From: Macrostomum lignano
Lineage: Eukaryota
DNA length: 64,000 nt
Assembly: GCA_002269645.1 (NCBI GenBank)
Contig: NIVC01001651.1
Location: 191,228-255,227 of the forward strand
Direction: 5' to 3'
Part shown: positions 1 to 11,013 of the stretch, piece after piece
Layout of the letters: the number at the start of each line of letters is the position of its first letter
How positions within the stretch are numbered: the first letter of the stretch is position 1
Notes under the pieces: model-generated
What the model saw: the letters and a program-made list of their open reading frames with translations, nothing else
Database searches by the model: none
What the model was told of the DNA's origin: nothing
Position numbers and translations under genes: made by a program

Positions 1-295
1 CCTGTTTTCTACTCTCTCCTCTCTCATCCCTTATCCCTCATCCCTCATCTCACTCTTTTTCCTCTACTCTCAGTTCTTCTCTTCTCTCTCCTCTCATCTC
101 TCCTGTCTCCCTCTGCTATTTTATATCTTCCCTCTTATCTCCTCTCTCTCTTTTCTTCTCCCTCTTCATTCCCGCTTTACTCCTCTCTTCTCTCCCATCT
201 GTCATGTCTAATCTCTCCTCTCTAATTTCTACTCTGTTTTTTATCAACTCTTCCCTCCTCTCTTTTCTCTATTCTCTTTATTCTCTTTTCTGACT
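1..295. repeat. CT-rich low-complexity tract
   Basis: Almost entirely C/T with degenerate (CT)n and (CTT)n runs. Confidence 0.9.
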
Positions 296-384
296 GACTG
301 AAAATGCCAAATCCATCAAAATTCTCTTCATGAAACAGAAATCCTCTCAATGAAACTGAAGAACATCAAAATCCTCTCTGTGAA

Positions 385-675
385 CATACATGTGCAACAG
401 TCGGCCGATCCGGCCGACCGATTTGGCAACCAACCAAGGAAGTCGCAAAAATGCCCACCCAAAAAAACACCAAGTAAAAGTAGTACTAAGTTGCTGACGA
501 GGCATCTTGGCTTTTTAAGACAGTTATAGTTACTCCTCCCGTTTACCCAAAGTTGCGTTAATTTTGCTTTTGGGTTTTTTTACATGTAAGTCGCATTTTT
601 GGCCAAAAACTATGTCGCATTTTTGCTAAAACTAAGTCGCACGGCCGACCGAATTTTGGAGGTTGCTTATGTATG
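385..675. mobile_element. MITE with 14-bp TIRs and 8-bp TSD (hAT-type), copy 1
   Basis: Starts CATACATGTGCAAC and ends GTTGCTTATGTATG. Flanked by the direct repeat TCTGTGAA (377-384 and 676-683). An 8-bp TSD is typical of hAT elements. Confidence 0.85.
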
Positions 676-727
676 TCTGTGAAACTCAATTTCTGATACC
701 ATAGAAATTCTCTCCGTGAAACTGGAC

Positions 728-1022
728 CATACATGCGCAACCTCCAAAATTTGGTCGGCCGTGCGACTTAGTTTTAACAAAATGCAAGGTAGTTTTTGGC
801 CAAAAATGCGACTTACATGTAAAAAACTGTAAAGCAAATTTAACGCAACTTTGGGTAAATGGCAGGAATAACTATGACTGTCTTATTATGCAAAATGCCT
901 CGTCAGCTACTTAGTACTACTACTTAGGTATTTTTTCGGGTGGGAATTTTTGCAACTTCCTTGGTTGGCTGCCAAATCGGTCGGCCGGATTGGCCGACTC
1001 GGCCGACTGTTGCGCATGTATG
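728..1022. mobile_element. MITE of the same family, copy 2, opposite orientation
   Basis: Starts CATACATGCGCAAC and ends GTTGCGCATGTATG. TSD AACTGGAC (720-727 and 1023-1030). The body is a diverged reverse complement of 385-675. Confidence 0.85.
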
Positions 1023-2785
1023 AACTGGACTCCATCAAAATTCTCTCCGTGAAACTGGACTCCATCGAAATTCTCTCTGTCAAAAAGAATCAACTCTCAG
1101 GATTCATTGGTTAGGGTTAGGGTTAGAGCTATACACAGCAGCGTGTTGAAAGGGGCCAGTAAACAAATTGAACAAATTTTATTAATTGAATGTACAACCA
1201 ATTTCTTCGTCAGTCAGTATCAGTATTAGTTAAAGTTAACAAAAAATTGCGCAATCTAAATCAGCCATCCAATCTGACAAACCCCCTTTCACTGTGCAGT
1301 GGCAGTTAGAAATTGAAACCCCCCAACTATTGGGGTGTCGGTTGAATCCCCATTGAACCCCAAAATGAGTACACTCTACAGAACGTTTAAAGTATGGAAA
1401 TATTTTTTCAAATGCTGTGCTTTTACTTTTCACATTTAAAGCAAACAAATTATATCCCCAAACTTAGCGTTGCAAGCTCTTTCCAGCAATTTAAGTCTCT
1501 CCTCTCAAAATTCAAATCTCGAGGAGCAGTTAGTGTTTGAAATTTCCCGATTTAAAGCATTGAAGTATAGCGTGTACATTCACCTGCCTGCTACTGCTAG
1601 CAGTAAGAGGCTCGCAAGTTTATTCATTGAGTTTCACTGCCCAGCTAATACACAGCCTTTTGAAAGACGCTGATAATAAAACCTAATTGAATCTCGACAC
1701 AGTCTTATCTATCTGTTTACACTGTACATTGCTATGTACACTCAGCCCAAACCAACCCCCTCCCCTTATTCCGTGGGAATCATTAAATTTTACTGCACCC
1801 CCAACATGCAGGGGTTTTATTAGCATTGAACCCAGAACACGCGTCACCCACCCCTCCAATACACAGCGGCCCGCGGGGGGAGGTTAGGGAGGTTGTTTTT
1901 ACAATTATGCCACGACCCCTCCAGTGAAGAGGCAAAGTGGCCAAAGAAGGTTAAGAAAACAGTTTTTGTTTTTTTTAACGGACTTGACTTTTAATTTTTC
2001 AACATTAAAATAGCCTATTTGTTGCATAGGAAAATTCTGCATTGATATGTATAAGTCCCAAATTTGAGTTGCCAGCCATCTATGAGGAGATACGCGTTAA
2101 ACCCAGATGGTCGATTGATTGATTGACCCATTTAGCTTTAGATATAAGATAGCCTAGCAAAGCTTTCATTGGCTCAGCTTTCTTGATTCTAGTATTTAAG
2201 ACTTATGGAATGGCTATAGTGAGCTTGCCACTTAGGTATGCTATGCTATCCCATCCAGCTATTCTAAATGTCTCTATTCTATTATTGTATTATATTCTAT
2301 CATTATTTAGGACTAAACTTATTATATTAGACTATAATATAACCTAAATAAAATATACTTTAATAGACCTAAGCCAACTAGGTGTAAGACCAAGATGGCC
2401 ACACACCAAGATGGCCACAGCTGGGGTGGGGGTCACGGAAAATGACAGCTGGTTTACTATTGGATAGCTTTGGGTGGGGAGATGTGGGGTTGCAATGGGG
2501 CGGTTTAGACAGGCAGTCAAAATTTTATTAGCATATTTCAGGGCTAAAGACAAAAATGGTTACGAGTCTTAATTTCCTACTTATAGTAGGGCCCTAAGAG
2601 GTAAATGTATTTCGCATTAAACAAATCTCTTCTTCATATAAAATCTGGTGTAGCTTTTTTCCATTTCTCTTATTGGTCGAGACTAATTTACTTGTTCAAA
2701 GGGATAAAAACTGGGTAAATTTCATGCCCTGTTCAAAATTCATCTGTCTCATTCACTGACAGCAGTCTAAGCATTTAGATATAAA

Positions 2786-2812
2786 ATGGCTGGCGCATAT
2801 CCATGTGTGGTC
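2786..2812 (+). pseudogene. First 9 codons (MAGAYPCVV) of a PHD-finger ORF interrupted by the Polinton-like element
   Basis: ATG at 2786. Joining across the TSD to 12229 gives MAGAYPCVVCLQPVCDGQEAIECSQCLNWQH, the start of a PHD finger. Confidence 0.8.
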
Positions 2813-3707
2813 ACTACTATATGAACCCGTATCCGTTGATTTTGGAGGGGGGTGGGTGTCAACCCTCCTCGCCTCTCATTGGCTGGCGCCCCGATCACTA
2901 GGTGATCGATACCCGTATCGATATCGGCGCTCGGCGCGCGCGCGCCGCAGGCGCGTGGCGCCAAGCGCCGTCCAGCCGCAGGCGACCCTCCCGAGCCACC
3001 GGCGACCCTCCCCAGCCGCAGGCGCACCTACCGATATGTATGCTCACCCTACCGACATGTACCCCGATATGTACACCCTCCCGAGCCGCAGGCGCACCCT
3101 CCCGAGCCGTAGGCGCCCATGCCGCAGACGCCCATGCCGCAGGCACCCCGAGTGTACACTCTACCGAGCCGCAGGCACCCCGAGTGTACACTCTACCGAG
3201 CCAAAGGTACACTCTACCACTCTCCCGATATGTACGATATGTAGTCAACGATATTAGGCTAGTGAAAACTACTTATAGTAGGTGAAATTGAGTATATTTA
3301 CATAAAAATGTAGATAAAACATATTGGTAGGTGAATAATGACGCATATTGCATATTAAAATGTACATATTGGAGCATATGAGCAGCAAAAACACACAATG
3401 TAGGTGCATGGGCAGAAATAGACAAAGCAGGTACTGTAGGCGCTACATAGGTGGAAATACACACAGCAGGTTTACAAAGTGTACTTTCGATACATATCGG
3501 ATTAATGTATAAAGCAGGTTTACAAGGCATGCATAAGGTGTAGTTGTATAATACAGGCACGCATGTATAATCAGATTATAGGCAAACGCCCAGGTGCAAC
3601 AGACGCGTAAATAATGTCACACCGACTAAAGAGTAAATATTGTCTAACCCGCAGGTGCATAAAAATTTTAAACAAAAGCGGTTCGGGGAAATCCCAAAAG
3701 GGAGGTT
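2813..3707 (+). repeat. Left TIR of the Polinton-like element
   Basis: Reverse complement of 11328-12222; spurious ORF translations in the two copies are identical. GC-rich subterminal repeats (CCGAGCCGCAGGC, palindrome GAGTGTACACTC) are followed by an AT-rich part. Confidence 0.95.
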
Positions 3708-3716
3708 CACGGCCTA

Positions 3717-3901
3717 ATGACCCGATATACTTTCAACACAATTAAACCCACAAGTGGGCTAGAAAAATGGACAACGTATTTCGATTGCGCTATCAGTACG
3801 CTAATCAGCGCAGCAAGTTCATGTCAGGAGTTCTACTCCAAGAGGCGGACCGCTGGGCCACAAACCGCCCCGAGGGAATAGGTGTCAAATGGGAGTTTTA
3901 A
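3717..3901 (+). CDS. Possible small ORF (44 aa from ATG 3767, or 61 aa from ATG 3717 if one A is missing from the run at 3763-3767)
   Basis: MDNVFRLRYQYANQRSKFMSGVLLQEADRWATNRPEGIGVKWEF* at 3767-3901. The upstream MTRYTFNTIKPTSGLEK fuses to it with a +1 correction in a homopolymer. No recognised homology. Confidence 0.3.
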
Positions 3902-4064
3902 CACTTGAGGGGATCCCGCTCAATGTACAGTGGAGGTGCCAAATGAGTAAGGACCCCTAAGTACAGTGCGGGCGTAAAACCATTTTCATCCCCACGAGTC
4001 AAGGGATCCCAAGTGGGCACATAGGGGAATCCCAGGCGTGCAAAGACAGATCCTTATCTTTCAC

Positions 4065-7000
4065 TCACTCCCGAAAGCCATACGGGCGGCTAGCGGCCCC
4101 ATACACCCTCTTAGTCATTACGCGCTGGAAAGTCTTGTCCATCTCGAGGGTCCGGATTGTACAGCTAGCCTTATCGCGCCTGAACTGGGCCTGGGGCAGG
4201 CGTACAGTCCCGCCGTGACGCAGAATTTCCTGCAGCTCGTCCTCGCGCTCGGAAATCTCGGGGTGACTCTGATGCCCTTGCACTTGAGCACCGAGTACAG
4301 CGACCCGTCAGGCTTCTCCACCACGTACCGGTAGAGCTTGGGGCCTCCCGTGGTGAACTGTACCATGCGGCAGCCGCAGGTACCTCGTCAGTCCACTGCC
4401 CCAAACTCGAACCGCCCGGAGGCTCGTACTCGCCCGGAGAGCAGCGGTATACGACCCTGGGAGGAGGAGAAGGATAAAGTGTTAAGGGGAGAAAGAGAGA
4501 CAGAGACAGTTGAAAAAATTACTCACGAATCAGTATCGGCGTAAATGACGCGGGTTCCTAGACCCTCCAGAGCCTCGTAGAGTCGCAGCCGGGCGTGGGA
4601 GGTGGTGAAAACGCCAATAGGTACATTAGCGTACTTGAACGCCCGCTCGCCAGCACCGCCAAATCGGGGCTTGTACTCGAGCATCATGAAGCTCTCCCCA
4701 ATTGGCTCGCACGACTTGACCTTGATCGAGGGGTCGGTCAGGCGCTGCAGCCACGCCTCGTAGCTGTCCACAATCTCTGTGGAGGTCAGGTCGTCGCGCT
4801 GGCAGAATTTGCCCCAGAGCCTGCAGGGAAAAATAAATTTTATGTAAGTAGAAAAACACGGCCCCCACTGCAAGTAGAAAAAACTTACGAGTTTAGAAAA
4901 ATCTTGGCCACAAAGCGCAAGCCAGGATTCTCCTCCACCTTTTCCAGCCGGACGCCTTCGCGCTCGAAAAAGCTGGCCATGTAGGCAGCCTTGGCGTCCT
5001 CAGCCATCCCCGGCGAACCGCTAGACTCGGCTTTGAGCTTCAAAAAAGTGTTTACATAATCTGCAAACAGGCCCGTGCGAGTCTCGGTCCAATAGGCCAG
5101 GGCATGAACTGACTGCAGCTTGTAACCCAACTGCAGGGCTTTGTGGAGCTCTGGGGTCGACCACGTGCCGCGGAGCATTCTCTCAGCGTCAGTGTGTGTA
5201 CACTCGCTGCTGCACTGGGTCTCCATGCAGACGCGGCAGAGGCCGAAAACCAACTTCTTGTTAATCTTGGCGGGCAGTAGCGGGATGTGGAGATTGGTTG
5301 GCGGCAGAATCGACACCTCGGCGATGCCAAAATACCGGGCCAGCTGCAGCTCATCCAGTAGATGAGGCTCGGGGTGGTGTACCGGGTGCCCGACCGGGTA
5401 CTTGTCAAACTTGTTGACAGTCGGGTAGAGCGACACCTAGGGGATAAGGATAAGATAAACTCAAACGCATGTCAACTGTGTGTGTGTACAAGTGTACAAA
5501 CTTACCACATCCCGATAGCGCAGCTCTACAGTCTCGGTGGCCTCGGCGTGCGGGACAAAAGCCTCGGTACGGCCGCCAAACAGGGCATCCTCCAGGCGAA
5601 TAGGCTGCTGGACTGGCGCTCCCTCGTCCTGATAGTCGTGCTCCCACAGAACACGCACATTGTATGCAGTGGAGAGCAGCCGGGTGAAGCGCTCAGTCTC
5701 CTCATAAATTGCCCGCATTGGCTGGTTCTTGAGCGGGTGCAGCACGTCGCCGTTGGGGAAGCACTTGGGACAGCCATGGAAGAAACAGCCATGAAACTGC
5801 AGCACTGTCCTGGTCTCTGGGTCGAAGCCGTCGACCTTACGGCCCATGGCGAAAGCCTCGCCGCCAGAATCGGCTGTCCGCAACCGGCCGCCAAACTCGG
5901 TTGCATTTAAATGTGCCAGCCAGCACCGCGCCTTGTGCGACTGTACATCGGACCGGCGGGAAATCACCCCAAGAGTGTTGGGCTCCATAAACTTGGTGGT
6001 GAATACCGACATGGCCAAGCCCGCAATGGTGTTGGATTGAACAAATGCGTCCAGTCCGCAAATGTCCTTAATCAGGCGGGCATATTTCAGGCAGCCTTCC
6101 CGCAAAATTAACGTGTCCTGCAGGCAATAGTCCAGGTACGCCTTATTAAAATTAAACACCTGTCCTCCTGCTTGGCCAGCCAGTCGGCGATGGAGTCATG
6201 CTGCTTATTCTTCTTCCCGCCGTACATATCAATTGAGCAGTAGGGACCGACGTACCCCCAATTTTGAGGCTGATTGAAACGTGCGGGAAATCTCCTTTGG
6301 TCAGTTGGGTGCCCAAACCAAGCGCCTTTGGGAATTGCGCCAGACCAATAGGGATGAAATTGAGGCTGTCCTTGAAGGTGATCTTGTCGCACTTCATGTA
6401 CATTAGGCGGCTGTTCTGGAAGATCACCTGCGGCTTCTTCTTGGCCAGTCCGTTGAGTAGGGCGCCGAGCAGGAGGAATGCGTCATACGCAGAGCCATTG
6501 TGCGCAATAGCAATTGCCCCCTGCTTGAACACACTAGTCAGCCAGCAGTAAAATGCATCGATAGAGTGCGGCCCGACAGATACAAACTCTCGCATCCCAC
6601 AGGCACAGTCATTGTGCGAGACACAGCTCGTGAAATCCAGCGCCAGATTGCGTCCCGCAATGCAATTGGCTGAGCTGTGTAGTCCCCCGCACGCGCTGCA
6701 GCGGGGCCTGGGGAAGAGTTTGGGACACGCCTCGCAGGAGGTGGCAGCCGTAACCAAGTGTACCCGGTGCTGCTTGCCAGAGTCCACGTACGTCTCGAAA
6801 TCATAGTAAACATACGGGGCGCTAGACTCTTTGGCTTTGGGCGGGGTGACAAAGCACTCGTGGGTGGCAGTTTCGTCGTACTGCTTGCAGACTGGGCACT
6901 TGGCGTAACCACACTGATGCTCAGGGGGCTGGCCTACTTTTAGTTCTTCTAGATAGCCACACGTGCCGCAAACGTGGACCGAATCACAGCGCGATCTGCC

Positions 7001-9108
7001 GGCCTTATTCTTGCGCTTGTGATTTTCTAGGCACTGAGCATTATAGCAATTTAGCCCGCAATCATGGCATCTTACATATGCGCGGTTTGCCTTACAGTTG
7101 GAGCCCGGAGTCTTGCATGTACTGCAGGCATCAGCGCACTTGTGCTTGGCGGGTTCGCTATCATAGGCCATCTCGCACTTGGGGCAGTAGTGGTGGCTGC
7201 CGAAAAACGCAGGCAGCTTGGTAACCACATTAAAGTGCTGCTCGACCAGGTGTAGGTGCAGAATCTCGGTGCCAGGCAGGTTGAAGATGCACCTGTTGGC
7301 CTCCTCTGCGCGGTACACGCGTATACCAAAATCGTGCCCTGGATGCAGCCGGTTCAGGGCTCGGATCGCTTCGGGCAGTGCATCCACCCCGAAAGGACCG
7401 GCCTGCGAGACGGTTTGAAGAGTCTGTGTGGGGGGTAAAATATTTCTTTTAGTATTCCCTGATACTATGTAAAATTCTTTTAGTATTCCATGATACTGCG
7501 TAAAAATTCTTATCAGAAAATATATCTTTTAGTATTCCACGATACTGTGTAAAAATTATTATCAGAAAATATTAGTATTCCATGATACTGTGTAAAAAAT
7601 TATTATCAGTACACAACTTACCGTGTAGAGGCCAGCTTCGATTTGTAGCTCAGTCGCAAGCTTAGTCTGCTTGGACGAATTGGCCTTGATCGTGCGCCAC
7701 ACCTGCTCGCTGATGGACTTGGCCACGAATTGCAGGTAGGCGCAGGCCACGACCAGAGCGCGCAGCAGGCATCTCTTGTCCGAGTTGGTGATGCGGACAT
7801 AGTGCCTGGAGAAGGCGTGCCGCTCTTCTAGATGCTTGTTCTCGAGAGCACATCCACCTCGAGGCACCCAGGCCTTTAGCAGACGGACAGAAAAGTTGCC
7901 TGACAATACAGTGGCATCCGACTGCACAATCTTGTCAATGTGCTTAAACAACAATTCAGCCGTCATGCGGGCTGCACGCACCGGGGGAGTGTGGGCCGCT
8001 TTGAGCATGTTGTCGCTCTCGAATTTCGCGGCCATAAAGTCATCACCAGCCAAATCTTGCTTGAAAACTTCGAGCATGTCAGCAAACACCTCCCGCAAAT
8101 CTTCGGTGTTGGTAATACGCACCACATACTCGACACCCTTTGCCCTAAACTTGGGCAGGTCACGCTGATTATCCAGCCGGGCCGTAAAACCTGCATGGGG
8201 GAATGGGGGAGTGTGAGTCAGCCCGGGTCTGTGTGGGAAATGGGGGGCGGGATAACTCACCCGGTCCGGTAACAGATTCCGGCTGTGTTGGCGGGACAAA
8301 CGCGTCTGAAAAAACACAAGGAGATAAAAAACCAGAAGAATCTGTCATTTTCCTGGCCCCAGCGTGTTTCCCGCCCTAGCCCCAGCAATTTCTTAACAGA
8401 GTTTACTCTGCTGTCCCCGCAGCAACTCTCTGCAATTTCTTATCTGCACCCCCGCTGCAGCCTGTCGCAGCAGTCTTTGTTTACTCACCCCTGCAACTCT
8501 CTGTCGCAGCAATTTGCACCCCAGCTGCAGCCTGTCTGGGTAGCGCCCTATCTGCAGCCCCAGTCTGTCCCAGCAACTCTCTGCCCCCACCCGGCTGTAA
8601 CTTGTCTAGCCTGCCCCAACGATTCTGCAGCAATTTCTTATCTGCCGCAGCACCCTAGCAACTGTCTGTTTTTGCAGCAATTTCTTATCAGCACACCCCT
8701 CCCTGTCTAGACAACACCCCACCCCAGTCTTTGTTTACTCACCCCTGCAACTCTCTGTCGCAGCAATTTGCACCCCAGCTGCAGCCTGTCTGGACAACAC
8801 CCCCCTAGCAGCAATTTCTTATCAGCACACACCCGGCTGAAACTTGTCTAGCCCTCCCCTGCAACTCTCTGTTACAGACCCTGCCGCAGCACCCCACCCT
8901 AGCAACTCCAGTCTAGACCCCTGCAGCTGTCGCAGCAGTCTTTGTTGTTTACTCTGCGGTCCCACAGACCCTGCAGCTGCTGCTGCTGCTCAGCCCCTAC
9001 CCCCACCCTAGCAACTACAGTCTAGACAGAAATTAATTAAAACTTACCATAAAGACGTTGCCTCTTGTCAGCCAGGAAAGCAGTTGCGGTGGCGCTGCGT
9101 TTAGCCAT
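4065..9108 (-). CDS. Protein-primed family B DNA polymerase, 7 exons, about 1269 aa after correcting four apparent 1-bp deletions
   Basis: Exons 9108-9048, 8305-8261, 8190-7622, 7402(or 7423)-5506, 5436-4889, 4820-4527 and 4456-4065, all with GT..AG boundaries and matching phases. Exo I YYDFETY, Exo II AHNGSAYD, Exo III YCLQD, motif A YRDV/VSLYP, motif B KIFLNS/LWGKF, motif C YADTDS, then GGPK, KCKGI and C-terminal RPYGF. Contains the KVDGF...QFHGCFFHGCPKC nuclease-like insert seen in some Maverick polymerases. Confidence 0.93.
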
Positions 9109-9179
9109 TTTGCAAACAGAGAGCGTGAGAGAGCGAGCGGAGAGAAGGATTATCTCTCTACCCTGGCTCTGGGGGTCTG

Positions 9180-9304
9180 TATATATACTAAAAAATCTGC
9201 TCAGCTCGCCTGTTATTGGATAAATCGCCAAAAACCAACCAAAATCATCAAAAATCACCCCCAAAATCATCACCCACCCCACCCTCCATCCGGGGGTATA
9301 TAAG
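9180..9304. promoter_or_regulatory. Putative divergent promoter between pPolB and the PC4-like gene
   Basis: TATATATA at 9180-9187 lies about 70 bp upstream of the pPolB ATG on the minus strand. TATATAAG at 9297-9304 lies about 45 bp upstream of ATG 9350. A further TATATAAT at 9920 precedes ORF 10000. Confidence 0.5.
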
Positions 9305-9349
9305 GCGCTGCACGGCTGTCAGAGAGCTCTCTGCTGCTGCTGCTAAATC

Positions 9350-9883
9350 ATGTCTTCTATCTCTCTATACGAAAACTTTGTGGCGCGGAAGCCCACATTT
9401 GAAACTGAACACAACTTGATTGAAATTCGGCGTCTCTACACCAACGAGGCTGGAGTGTGGAAGGACGGCTTCCCTGCAATCTACTTGGCCGAGCCAGAGT
9501 GGAAGAAGCTCGAAGCTGCGCGCCCTGACCTGGAGGCTGCTGCCCGCCTTCACGTGAACAAGCGGGTCCTGTTGGGCAATTTCAAGGCAGTTGAAGCTTC
9601 GCGAGGGAGGATCCGTTTGCTGCGCAATTGGCTCAATCAGGACCCAAAGTTTAATTGGCGCTACACGATCGAATTCACGCCTGAACTGTGGCGCCGGATG
9701 TTTGCCGCCCGTTTGGACAAGCTCTTCAAGCCGGCACCTGAGGCACCCCCTCCAGCCAAGCGAGTCAAGACAGACACGCCTCCGGTAGCCGGGACTGAGG
9801 TGGATGTTCTTCAGCTCATGGGTCTCAAACCCTACCAATCTCCACCCTGGGAAAATCTGTTTAACGAGGGTTGGGACTGCTAG
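9350..9883 (+). CDS. PC4-like (ssDNA-binding fold) protein, 177 aa, possibly two tandem PC4 units
   Basis: IEIRRLYTNEAGVWKDGFPAIYLAEPEWKKL resembles the PC4 pattern vDIRe.Y...Ge.kpGkkGIsL..eqW..L. A second segment, IRLLRNWL...YTIEFTPELWRRM, has a similar ending. Basic C-terminal PPAKRVK is NLS-like. Confidence 0.65.
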   Translation: MSSISLYENFVARKPTFETEHNLIEIRRLYTNEAGVWKDGFPAIYLAEPEWKKLEAARPDLEAAARLHVNKRVLLGNFKAVEASRGRIRLLRNWLNQDPKFNWRYTIEFTPELWRRMFAARLDKLFKPAPEAPPPAKRVKTDTPPVAGTEVDVLQLMGLKPYQSPPWENLFNEGWDC

Positions 9884-9999
9884 TTTCCTATTGGTTCGCA
9901 CCGCCTCACTCGATCCGTCTATATAATTAGTGTTTCCCCCCTCTCCAGAGAGTCAAACCCTATCTCAGCTCTAATACTTTACTCTCTGTTGATTCTAGC

Positions 10000-11013
10000 A
10001 TGTCCCGCCGAGCTCTATCCAACCTCTGGGATAATAATCGCCCGACTGAAGAGTTAACCAGCCTCGACGGGGATATCCCTGAACACATAGTTCCCCTAGG
10101 CACTGAAAACAACGGAAGTGATAATTGGGAGGCTGATCAATATCTAGCTTGGGCTATGTCCTATGATAGCGACACCGAGTCTGAAGTTTTTGACCTCCCG
10201 CTGCTGGCTATCGGCGGGGTTGTGAACGGTGCCCCTGCTGCTACTGCCTCCGATTTGACTACCGCCTCAGCCGCCCTCTTTGACGTCTCTGTTGAGGAGC
10301 TGACCACAACCGGCCCTGCCTCTGCTGCGCCCGTCTCTGCTGCTGCCGCCTCTACTACGCCCGTCTCTGCTGCTGCTTCAACTACCTCCCACCGGGCCTC
10401 AATATCATCAGCCGCTACGCTCCTTCTCTTCGACGACGAGGACGAGGATATGTCTGAGGAGATCGCCGTGGTTCGTGAGCGCTTTCCTCGCATTGTGGCC
10501 TCATTTTTCCGCGGGACATTGACTGGCTGAGGTCTCGGCATCCTGGCGGGCTGCCCTCCCAAGCTACCTTTGTCAGAGCCTTTAATCGGGTTCTTGATAC
10601 TTTGGTTGCGAGGGGTGCCGGCCTACGGGAGGTGTTGGAGGCTGAGACTCTGCACCAGGACTGGTTGATGGGGCGCAATTCGTATGCCCCCGACTCTGAG
10701 GCGTACCTGGCCGGTCCGGGAGCGCGGCCAACTGCGTGGGATGAGCCCGTCGCATGGCCCTCCAACTGGGAGGAGCACCTTTCGTTGGTGCGCTATACAG
10801 CGTCTCTACGTCTGTGGCGGCTGGAGGACGATTTAGATTTGGTAAGATATTACATTATATACACAACTCATCTAATCATATACCTTGCATATATTCTATC
10901 TACATTGACTGTTATAATTTCCACATTGCCAGTCATCCGACTACTGCTTCGAGAGCGTGGAGGAAGAGGCCGCGTACGAGACAGCCCTGAGGGAGCGTAT
11001 GGAGATTGACTGA
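10000..11013 (+). CDS. Acidic orphan protein of the element (2 exons, one apparent 1-bp frameshift near 10513)
   Basis: ORF 10000-10530 continues as DIDWLRSRHPGGLPSQATFVRAFNRVLDTLVARG if a G is added to the G-run at about 10513. A GT-AG intron at 10842-10932 (phase 0) leads to SSDYCFESVEEEAAYETALRERMEID* (stop 11011-11013). No homology recognised. Confidence 0.6.

Noticed and set aside
1108-1128. Telomere (TTAGGG repeats)
   Set aside because: Only about three units, interstitial; too short to call a telomere or fusion site.
2385-2420. Link between the Polinton flank and the KDZ flank (GACCAAGATGGCCACACACCAAGATGGCCACAGC, inverted at about 26870-26905)
   Set aside because: Short shared motif lying outside both elements' TSDs; most simply fragments of another interspersed repeat.
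2767-3560. ORFs within the Polinton TIRs (and mirror copies at 11475-12283)
   Set aside because: Overlapping frames on both strands produced by GC-rich repeats; no domain signature.
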